DNA of 64,000 bases from Naegleria gruberi. Taxonomy: Eukaryota. Location of the stretch: NCBI GenBank assembly GCA_000004985.1, contig GG738877.1; one strand, 5' to 3'. Both the position numbers and the translations under genes were made by a program. The notes under the pieces are model-generated. The model worked only from the letters and a program-made list of their open reading frames with translations. It was not told where the DNA came from and did not search any database. Shown piece by piece: positions 34,887 through 43,574 of this stretch; the first letter of the stretch is position 1, and each line of letters begins with the position of its first letter.

Positions 34887-36266
34887 ATGACATTAAATAT
34901 TTCACTCGTAGCTTCCTCGTCATCGTCGAATCCACTATATTCACACAAAATGACCAATTCTACAATGAATCATCATTCGGTTCTGATAACCTCCCCAAAA
35001 CACATTAAACCCTCACTAACTCACCAAACTTCATTCACTAACTCATCTCCCAAGCATTTGCACTCAAAATCAACAAATTGCTTGACCATTCCATCTTCAC
35101 CTTCTTCATTCAACCAACAAAGTCCTTCTAATAACAATGCTAACAAACCAACACTAGGTCTCTCACCCAGTAATGGAAGAAGAAGAAATAGTGGTCTCTT
35201 TTCAGAGAAAATTGAGGTTCCAATTCCATCGTTTAACATTTCACCTAGTCATGAAACAACACCAAATCATGCCCAAAAGCTTCGAACATTTTCATTTCAC
35301 TCCTCCACAACAACTTCCTCTCACCTCAATATACAGGAACCATCGTCCAGTACCAAACTTCCTTCACTAGCATCTCCAAAATCTCCCTCTACAACAAACC
35401 AATCCAATACCAAACATTCAGTGCTGAAGAGAAATAATTCAGCACATATTGTCCTTATGAGAGATCATTCTCCAGTTCAAGTGCCAAAAAGACAACAAGT
35501 TTTTGCCTCTCCTTCCCCTACTCCTTCTTCAACTTCCAATATTTCCCCAACCAATCAATACTCGAATCAACAATATATCACTAATAGTATTATGACAAAC
35601 AATACTACAAACAATGTACACAATCAATCCTTAATGCCCCAACAAGATCAATCATCATTTAGTATCAATAGAAAGGTACGATCTGCCTCTCATACTCCTT
35701 CAACAATGCCCCCTGTTATTATAACTAGTGAGTATAATAACGTTACGAGCACAATCTCAAAAGAATCTAAGGGAGTGTTAGGACCAATTGATCGTACCAA
35801 TATGAGAGTAACATTCAGGAAAAAGGCCGCTTCAAAAAAGGACCTCTTTCGTTCAGCAACCCCAAATCAGTCTCCAAAAAAGGAGAATGGATCTGTTTCT
35901 TTTGCTGACAAGTTTACCATTGCTGTAGAAACACAAAAACAAATTGAGGCTCTCACGGATTATGTAAAACTTGATAGTTACTCTTTTGGATTGCAGAACG
36001 AGGAATACAAATCAACGTCAAACTATGATCTCAAGTATGATGAGGAAATGTATAAGGCCTATGTTGATCAAAATCAAGATATGAAGACACTATTTGATGT
36101 ACATAATTTGGTGAGGGAGTATGTTTCTTCACGAGGTGTTTCATCAATTAAGAAAATTGCAATTAAGGATAGTAACAAACTTGTTCTAGATATCATAAGA
36201 CGATACAATCAGAAAACATTGAAAAAGAACAAATCAGAGCAAACTTTAAAATCTCTATTAAAGTAA
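34887..36266 (+). CDS. Hypothetical S/T/N-rich protein (about 460 aa) with a structured C-terminal region.
   Basis: ORF 34881..36266. The first ATG is at 34887. The low-complexity S/T/P N-terminal two-thirds are followed by a non-repetitive C-terminal segment. Confidence 0.5.
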   Translation: MTLNISLVASSSSSNPLYSHKMTNSTMNHHSVLITSPKHIKPSLTHQTSFTNSSPKHLHSKSTNCLTIPSSPSSFNQQSPSNNNANKPTLGLSPSNGRRRNSGLFSEKIEVPIPSFNISPSHETTPNHAQKLRTFSFHSSTTTSSHLNIQEPSSSTKLPSLASPKSPSTTNQSNTKHSVLKRNNSAHIVLMRDHSPVQVPKRQQVFASPSPTPSSTSNISPTNQYSNQQYITNSIMTNNTTNNVHNQSLMPQQDQSSFSINRKVRSASHTPSTMPPVIITSEYNNVTSTISKESKGVLGPIDRTNMRVTFRKKAASKKDLFRSATPNQSPKKENGSVSFADKFTIAVETQKQIEALTDYVKLDSYSFGLQNEEYKSTSNYDLKYDEEMYKAYVDQNQDMKTLFDVHNLVREYVSSRGVSSIKKIAIKDSNKLVLDIIRRYNQKTLKKNKSEQTLKSLLK

Positions 36267-36267
36267 A

Positions 36268-37911
36268 TTATTCTTTACTTGAGGTGAATTCCATTTTCTT
36301 CTTTTTGCTATCACGATAATCTTCAGCATTTAGAGAGCTACTTCCAGCGGCTGCCTTCATGAATCCTCTTTGTCCAATATGATCCAAATTTGATCTCTTT
36401 TTAGAATCTTTAAGAAACTTGGAGAAACCAAAAGGATCATCATCTGAAGGTTCTTCTCTAGCAGCTGGTGCTTTGGATGCTGAAACAGAAGATGCACCAT
36501 CCCTTTCAAATACCACAGGTCCTGCTTGTCTTCTTGATTTAGAGGACTCATCCTCAGTCTCGAACTTGTCTCTCATATTTACATTTTCATCCAATTCTTG
36601 GAACATTTTGATTCTGTCCATATTTGGATTATAGAGTTTGCCATTGTTTGATTCTCCGAATAATGCCTTATCATATACATTGTAGTCATCGTCATCAAAT
36701 GAATCTTTGAGTCCTGATGCACGATTGAGCAATCTGCTATCAATTTGAACCTCTCCTGAAGCGACACTCGATCTTTGTGGTTGGTTAAAGTTGACCTTTT
36801 CAGAGACGGATCTACCCTCCGTTAAACCTCCAGTTCTTCTGTCTTGATTTCTTACCCTAGCTCTGTCCTCTTTATCTTTAATGTCTTTGTGCATCTTTTT
36901 GGCACGATTTGCCAATTCTCTAGTTCTTTGTAATTCTCTTTCTTGTTCCATTTCGTTGAGTCTCATTTGCATTTCAGCTCTTTCCTTAATTTCCAATCTA
37001 GCATTATGTTCAGCCAAATATAATGAAGATGTAAAGTCACCAAATTTAGGATTAACTGTTGATTGTTGTAAATTTCTACCATCAGCAAGAATTCTTTTAT
37101 CCAATGGAATAATAAGACCTTTTCTGTTTGTGTAATTAGAAATACAAGGTGGAATGTCCCAATTATCCTGGTCAGTCTTTGTAAGATTTCTAGGTGGGGA
37201 ATGCATTACAGTTGGAGGAGGAGAAGGTGGCCCAGTTGGCATCTTTTTCATTCGGAATTTAGCTGGTTCTACTGGATCGGTAGGAGCCTCTTCAATTTGT
37301 ATATACTTGATATCATCATCAGTACCTCCTCTAGGTTTATATCTAAAGAATTGTCTCTTTTCTATTTGATTTTCTTTTGATGCAGCAACAGAACGACTAA
37401 CAGCATTTCCAATATGAGCAGCTGTAATTTTACCACCAACTCTTAGTTCGAGTGCTTTCTTAGTTTCGAGTAAATTATCCGAAGTTTCTTCAATTGTTGG
37501 TTTTGCCAATTCATCCTCTTCCACATCAGCGCCGATCATATCTGAAAATTTAGTAAATGTTAAAGCATCCTTTCTCTGTCCTTGAGTAATAATTTTATCA
37601 AAATTAACATTTCCATCCGCATCCACTTGAACAGAAACAACATTTCCTGATGCATTTTTGTATTCCGATTTTCTACCCATATTCATAGGGAATTGAGAAA
37701 CAAATATTTCTGGATAGGCTCCTCCATCAGCAAAATCATCCTCAGTTTGTGGTATCCAATTTGAGTGTTCTCTTTTTCCGTAGAGTGGAATTTTAACTTT
37801 ATCCTTTCCTCGTTTTTCCTTTTGTCTTTGATCGTCCTGATCCGATGATGAATTGTTGTTCAAACCTAATTCTTTATGTTTTGGTGGCGGAAGAACAGCA
37901 AAGAGAGACAT
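36268..37911 (-). CDS. SNW/SKIP-domain splicing factor (SNW1/Prp45 homolog), 547 aa.
   Basis: MSLFAVLPPPKHK...HSNWIPQTEDDFADGGAYPEIFVSQFPMNMGRK matches the SNW-domain core as I recall it (GGAFPEIHVAQYPLDMGRK in human SKIP). ATG follows an A run. Confidence 0.8.
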   Translation of the reverse strand: MSLFAVLPPPKHKELGLNNNSSSDQDDQRQKEKRGKDKVKIPLYGKREHSNWIPQTEDDFADGGAYPEIFVSQFPMNMGRKSEYKNASGNVVSVQVDADGNVNFDKIITQGQRKDALTFTKFSDMIGADVEEDELAKPTIEETSDNLLETKKALELRVGGKITAAHIGNAVSRSVAASKENQIEKRQFFRYKPRGGTDDDIKYIQIEEAPTDPVEPAKFRMKKMPTGPPSPPPTVMHSPPRNLTKTDQDNWDIPPCISNYTNRKGLIIPLDKRILADGRNLQQSTVNPKFGDFTSSLYLAEHNARLEIKERAEMQMRLNEMEQERELQRTRELANRAKKMHKDIKDKEDRARVRNQDRRTGGLTEGRSVSEKVNFNQPQRSSVASGEVQIDSRLLNRASGLKDSFDDDDYNVYDKALFGESNNGKLYNPNMDRIKMFQELDENVNMRDKFETEDESSKSRRQAGPVVFERDGASSVSASKAPAAREEPSDDDPFGFSKFLKDSKKRSNLDHIGQRGFMKAAAGSSSLNAEDYRDSKKKKMEFTSSKE

Positions 37912-37978
37912 TTTTTTTAAATTAAAGTTTGAAGGTGTTGCAATATTTCTCTTGTTCTTTTAAATATTATTAAAACAC

Positions 37979-38001
37979 ATTAGAATGAGCATCATTCTAA
38001 T
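37979..38001. promoter_or_regulatory. Perfect 10-bp-arm palindrome (a TTAGAATGA gca TCATTCTAA t) in a divergent intergenic region.
   Basis: Read directly from the sequence. It lies between the SNW1 start (37911, minus) and the 38352 gene start (plus). Confidence 0.4.
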
Positions 38002-38351
38002 AAATAATACTCTCTTGGAGATATATCTGATTAATTTGTTTCATCATATTAACTTGGTTGATGATTGACTTGCTTGGAAAAATTTTATGCAAAAAATAAC
38101 GGAAAGGAAAATAAAGTTTTATTCAATTTCAAAATTATGCAACAATTGATTATTACACAATTAATATCATAAACAATTTCATCATCATTAAGTATCACTT
38201 TCAATGCAATTAATACTTTTATTGCAATTTACCTTCAGTGTGCCTCCGACAGGAATGAAGGCTAGAAGAAATGGTATTGTAAAAAAAAATATCAGCGAGG
38301 CTCGTCATCTTCTCTCACTCTACCGCTCCGCTTCAAGAAAATATTTATAAG

Positions 38352-39956
38352 ATGAAGACAAGAAATACCCAAAAACTTCTTCTCTCTGTTGTTGGTAACA
38401 ATGGAAAATGTTGTTATTCCACAACAAATAGTAATCTTTCATTGAATGCTCTTAGACAACATCTTTCGAACCAACAACAATCAATGGAAAAAGCTAAAGT
38501 CTCCTACAATGAAAAAGTTGTTAATAACGCTGTTAATTTATATGAAGATAGAAAAGGTGATGAAGCTAAACACAACTGGAGTCTTTCTAAAGGATTAATT
38601 TTCCCACAATATGATGCTTATCGTAACGCTGATAATGAAACTTTATTGAAAAAGTCTTTTGGACAAGTCGACAGTGAAAAACAATTCTTGAAAGTCAAGG
38701 AAATTGCCAGTACCGAGTATGATAAGTATGTTGCCCATGCCGACAAAACTACACCTCTTGTTACATATACTGCCAAGGATGAAAAGTTCCACAAGCGTTC
38801 ACAACGTGAAGTTGGCTGGTATTTGTCATATGCTCCAAACTCTTTCACTCAAGATGGTTGTTTTGGTTCTGCCAATCAAAACACTTGTCTTGTTAGAGTT
38901 GTTACTGATAATAGTGTTTCTGGCTTGTTTTTGAAGAATATGATCTTGCCAACTAGAAAATTGGATTCCTCTGTTTTCAAATATGATTCTCTCGTTCTTC
39001 ACACTCCAGGTTTCCAATTTGTTCCAACTCACGTTGTTCAAGAATTTGGTGGTCCACTTCCAAAAGATTTGGGTTTGACAAAGGAACAATTTGTTTTTGA
39101 AAATGATCAAACCAATTCATCAGTAGTCAGTGGTGTTTTTAATCAAAATGTATTGTTGGATAATCTGGCCTTCTTTGGTGCTAGAACCATTTTCACAAAG
39201 AGTGGAGGAGCTGCTATTGTTTTGCCATCTGATTCTTTCATCAATAGTGACAAGTCATCAACAACTTTAATTATTAATTCTAATAATATTACTCGTACAG
39301 CTTTGACTGCTAGTAATATTACATTATACGGAGCTCACTACAATGTTCTCTCTGAATTAGGATTGAGTAGAGGTGTTGGTGGTGTTTTGGTTGAAGTTGA
39401 CGTTAACTCTGAATTGGCCAAGTCTCTCAAGAAGGGTGATTTGGTTGAAGAATCTGCTGATGGAAAGACTGTCAAGATTTCCACCAAAGTTTCTTCTACT
39501 GTTTTACCAAATATTGCACACACTCCAAAGAATATTGTTTTTGTTGTTGAAGATGCCAACTTTATTGTTCCAGTCCTTGGTAAGGTGAAGAATGCTCAAC
39601 AATTCTTCCAATCTGGTTTGGTTTCTGTTGGTAAGGACGCTACTTTCAACAAGTCATTCACTACTTTCGGAGCTCAAAGAGCTTATGCTGATGCCAAACA
39701 AGTTGCTGAATCATTTGCTAAACTTAACAAGGCTGCTAATGTATACATTGTCAATGGATCGTATGATGCCACCAAGATTCAACAAGCTCTCTCTTTGATT
39801 TCATCCGGTGAAGCTGCCTCCCTCAAGGAAGATCTTTCAAACTCTCTCTTCTCCACTCTTTCTCACAAAAGTCTTGAAAATAAGGCTTGGAAGGATCAAT
39901 CCAAGTATGCTGCTGCTATTAAGCAACTCGAAGAAAACGTTTCCAAAAGTTTGTAA
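38352..39956 (+). CDS. Hypothetical protein (534 aa) with a mitochondrial-presequence-like N-terminus.
   Basis: Single ORF with ATG in tataagATG. The N-terminus is basic/hydroxylated without acidic residues. I had only a weak, unverified recollection of PEPCK(ATP)-like N-domain motifs (FGSANQNTCLVRVVTD...FLKNM), and there is no P-loop. Confidence 0.5.
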   Translation: MKTRNTQKLLLSVVGNNGKCCYSTTNSNLSLNALRQHLSNQQQSMEKAKVSYNEKVVNNAVNLYEDRKGDEAKHNWSLSKGLIFPQYDAYRNADNETLLKKSFGQVDSEKQFLKVKEIASTEYDKYVAHADKTTPLVTYTAKDEKFHKRSQREVGWYLSYAPNSFTQDGCFGSANQNTCLVRVVTDNSVSGLFLKNMILPTRKLDSSVFKYDSLVLHTPGFQFVPTHVVQEFGGPLPKDLGLTKEQFVFENDQTNSSVVSGVFNQNVLLDNLAFFGARTIFTKSGGAAIVLPSDSFINSDKSSTTLIINSNNITRTALTASNITLYGAHYNVLSELGLSRGVGGVLVEVDVNSELAKSLKKGDLVEESADGKTVKISTKVSSTVLPNIAHTPKNIVFVVEDANFIVPVLGKVKNAQQFFQSGLVSVGKDATFNKSFTTFGAQRAYADAKQVAESFAKLNKAANVYIVNGSYDATKIQQALSLISSGEAASLKEDLSNSLFSTLSHKSLENKAWKDQSKYAAAIKQLEENVSKSL

Positions 39957-40094
39957 AGGGAATTTTAAAATATAATAAAAAGGGCCCAGACTATAGAATA
40001 TAAAGTTCTTCCCAACCAAATAAAAAAACAATAAATTAAAAAAATTAATTCAATCAAATTTAAAATCAAAAATGGAAAAATAACAATTTAAAAA

Positions 40095-40394
40095 ATGAGC
40101 AAATTACTTGCTGTTGTTGTCGGCGCAGCTATTGTTGTTAGTGCAGCTGGTGGATGGAAGAAATTGTTGAGTGCTAGAAATGTTCAAAATGCTGCCAAAC
40201 ATATTCGTGAAACAAAGGAAGTTTTCTTGTCCGAACTTAGCAATAAGCCAACCACCGGAGAAACATCATCTCAAACTACTCTCCCACCAAATTATACTTT
40301 TACAAATCCATCGGAGACACCTAAACCACAAGAAAATGTGTCACCTACTACAAATTCATCCACAACAACAACAACACCTGAGAAGAAGGAATAA
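40095..40394 (+). CDS. Hypothetical small membrane-anchored S/T/P-rich protein (99 aa).
   Basis: ATG after aaaaa. N-terminal hydrophobic segment LLAVVVGAAIVVSAAGG, then a T/S/P-rich tail. Confidence 0.4.
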   Translation: MSKLLAVVVGAAIVVSAAGGWKKLLSARNVQNAAKHIRETKEVFLSELSNKPTTGETSSQTTLPPNYTFTNPSETPKPQENVSPTTNSSTTTTTPEKKE

Positions 40395-40539
40395 TTTTAC
40401 TTTTTTTGTTGTTTTGCTTCCTGTTGCTGTTTAACGAGCATTTTCTGTTTCTTGTCTCGCTCCACCATTTTCAAATATTGATCAAATTCAAAACTATGAT
40501 TATTTGAGGATAATTGGAATAAATATTTTGGATTATTAC

Positions 40540-41940
40540 TTACTCTTTCTTGGATTTCATTTCATCAACAACCTCTTCAGCATATTCTGAGAAATTGAGA
40601 TCCATCACTTCCTTGTTTGAATCATCTTCGTTTCCTTCATCCACTTCAGCAAACATTGCTTGATAAGAGTCAAACCATTTTTCAATATCCTTATCACCAA
40701 ACATTTTCATGATTTTTTCCTTAATTCTCTTTGGCTTTTCACTTAATTGTAAACTCTTAGATTGTACAGGAGGGTTTCCAATATTCTTATAGCTATCCTT
40801 TCCACAAATTACTTTCAATGGTTTTACAGGATCTTTTAGATTAAAATCACTCGTTGACAATTTGCCTCCCAGAATGAAATAATTGATAAAGTTTCTGAAA
40901 GAGGAATCGTTATTTTCGTTAATTTTCATGTCATTGTAAATTCCCATAAACATTGGACTTGTTGAGAAGGTATGACACAAAAATCTAAATGTTTGATTGA
41001 GTTGCTTGAGTTGTAAACTGTTGAAATATTATTATTTACGACTGGATTGATTTTTCAACTTACGGATTGTACTTTTCAGAAGCCTTATCAAAAGACGTTC
41101 CCACAAAGATTGTTTGAATGCCATTGAATTTGATTTTCTCTCTTTTTAAAGTAGTAGATCAATAATCATAAAATCAATTCAAAATACCTACATGTCTTCA
41201 TGTTGTTCTCCGAATCTTTTCTTGGCTCTTGATATCATCTTATCAGGAATATCAGAACCTTTTTGTTTAAGTACACTGTATAAATCCTCAGTAATCTTTG
41301 AAAGAATGTATTGGAAATAAATAAAATCCTCAAATAATTGCATTGGTTTTGTCAAATCCAATACAATAACAGCAATCATTGTATGAATATTTTCAGCTGT
41401 CACTGTTTCTTTCAATAATTTTACAAGAGAACGTCCTCCGGCTAATTCCCAAATGTTTGCTACATAGGTTTTTAATCCTTCGTCCTTCTTACCGAAGGTA
41501 AATTCCAGAGCAGTACTCCTCTCTGGGCGGTCCTTAATATACTCTCTCTTTAAAATTCTATGTACAATACTACTCTTTCCGGATCGTTCTCCTCCGAGTA
41601 CAAAAACATTACTCTCCACTGGATCACTATTACTTGCAATTACATCCTTTTTAGTTTCTAGAATTACATCCCACAGTGTTTTAATGTTTCTTGAGGCTGT
41701 AGGATTTGATGATGGTGGACCTCCGGAGGATGATGTAGTAGAGCCACCTGAGGTTACAACAACACTTCTTCTTTGGGTAACAGCACTACTGGTTGGTCTT
41801 CCTACTGATGATCCTGGTCTTCTTGATGCAGAACCAGGTCTGTTTTGAGTCATTGAAGGTCTCATTGTTGGTTTTTGACCTCCAGCTGTAGATGAATTGG
41901 CGCCATTCACACCGGTTGGTGAGGTTGGAGATTCAGACAT
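40540..41940 (-). CDS. Dynein light intermediate chain (DLIC family; motifs closest to the dynein-2 LIC type). Three exons (minus strand): 41192..41940, 41064..41141, 40540..41017.
   Basis: First ATG at 41940 (MSESPTSPTG) after aaaa. Family motifs: TLWDVILETKKD, P-loop-like VLGGERSGKSSIV, ALEFTFGKK, IWELAGGRSL, IAVIVLDLTKP. Exon 2 (IQTIFVGTSFD) and exon 3 (ICGKDSYKNIGNPPVQ) are joined through GTAGGT (50-nt) and GTAAGT (46-nt) introns. Confidence 0.7.
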
Positions 41941-42111
41941 TTTTATTTGAGGTTTATTGAAAATTTTGTTCGTTGTGTTGGTTGTATTATTAAATGTTTT
42001 TGGCACAACTGTTTGTTTTACAAGCTGCTTTGTTATCAATCAAATCAGTAATGTTGTATGTGTGCCTTGCAAATATTGGAACAAGATAAATTAATCCTTT
42101 TGTTTTTTTAT

Positions 42112-43471
42112 TTAAATCCAATTGAGAGAGTTAATGTACTTTTGTTTCTTGAAAGAAATGCCTTGATAGACCTTATGCTTCTTGACAATTTCCTTATGGA
42201 CAACATCTGGTGGAACATAGAAAGGTTCCTTCCATTGATTCTTTTGATAGAGTTCAGAAACACTCATATCATATTCAGTTCTGAAGAAACTCATACCTGA
42301 TGGCTTCTTGCTTTCACTGATCAACTTGCTCAAATCGAAATATCTTCTTTGATTAATTTCAAAAGTCTTTGCTGTTTGTTCTGGTGTTTGAATTGGTCTG
42401 TAATCACTTCCCTTAATTTCATAACCAGTTTCTCCATCTATCGAGACCAAGTTACTATGGGCTTTGAATTTCTTATCTATAATTTGGTCAATATATTCAT
42501 ATTCGTATTGGTAAGCATTTCTTCTCATCTTTTCCTTCATTTTCTTGTTAAGTTCTTGATCTTGCTTCAAAACTTCATATTGTTGTGGTTGTTTGTATGA
42601 TTCAGTAGTCAACAAAGTTTCTCTAACTTTTTCAACATTTTCAATCTTTCCATTTTGTTTGTACAATAAGAAAATATAACGGAATGTACCAGCACATTCA
42701 GTTGGCAATGGTGGAATGTATGAACAAACAGTTTCACCCTTTGTAGCATCAGCACTTTCACCAGGAATATTGGCAACCATCCAGTGAATGAAACTACCCT
42801 TATCAGGAATGAGTCTGAATGGATAATCAGGTGTCAACATTACCAATGTATAAAAAGCTCCCTTTTCTCCTTCAAATGAAACTTTTGGTACTTGTTCAGT
42901 TGTCTTTGATTCAATGAAATTACCAAGCAATGAAGTATTTGAGAAAGTCTTGGTTTCGTTTTCTTTAGCAAAGGTAACATTGAGTGGAGTAGAAAGATTA
43001 GAAAGCAAGTCTTGTTTGAAGGTAGATTCTTCAACTTGCTTTGGGAAAAGATCAACATGAAGATCCAATTGTTCAAAAGCAGTAGCAGTCTATATAATTT
43101 TCATCGATTAAATTAATCATTGTTATCATCACTTCCGCAAATATTAAACTCACCTGTTGTTTCTTCTTTTCTTGCCATTCCTTTCCCGATACTTCCTTAA
43201 CTACAGGCATGTTTGATGGAGCCTTGCCCATATTCAAAACATCAATTCTAGCGAGCAAGTATCTATTTTCCTTTTGGAAGTCTGGATGGTCAAAAAATTG
43301 TTGAGTACTTTCTTCAATCTTTTCGGTTTTTACGAAAGATTGTTGATGATGTTGTTTAGTTCCGTTGGTTGCCTTTGTTGACTTTTTAATTTTAACCCTG
43401 TAGGTCGAATATGGTCTAGCGCCGGCTGGTGCTGATGAGGCGGAGCGCAAAAGGGTAGAGAATTTCTTCAT
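42112..43471 (-). CDS. PEBP-family protein, probably mitochondrial ribosomal protein L38-like. Two exons (minus strand): 43154..43471, 42112..43089.
   Basis: Exon 1 has a presequence-like start MKKFSTLLRSASSAPAGARPYSTYRVKIKK and ends at ..KKKQQ before GTGAGT. The 64-nt intron ends tatatag. Exon 2 carries the PEBP core YTLVMLTPDYP...GSFIHWMVANIPG. The ORF-track tail ..LIFAEVMITMINLIDENYIDCYCF is intron read-through. Confidence 0.7.
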
Positions 43472-43574
43472 TTTTTTATTTGCAAATTACAAAATATTTT
43501 TTAATTAAAATTTTAATTTTTACTTTCCATTGGCAAGAATATTAGGACCATGCTCAAAGAATTGAATTAATATT

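Noticed and set aside
41941-42039. N-terminal extension (MITKQLVKQTVV...) of the dynein LIC ORF
   Set aside because: The ORF-track start is a non-ATG codon. The first ATG with an A-rich context is at 41940.
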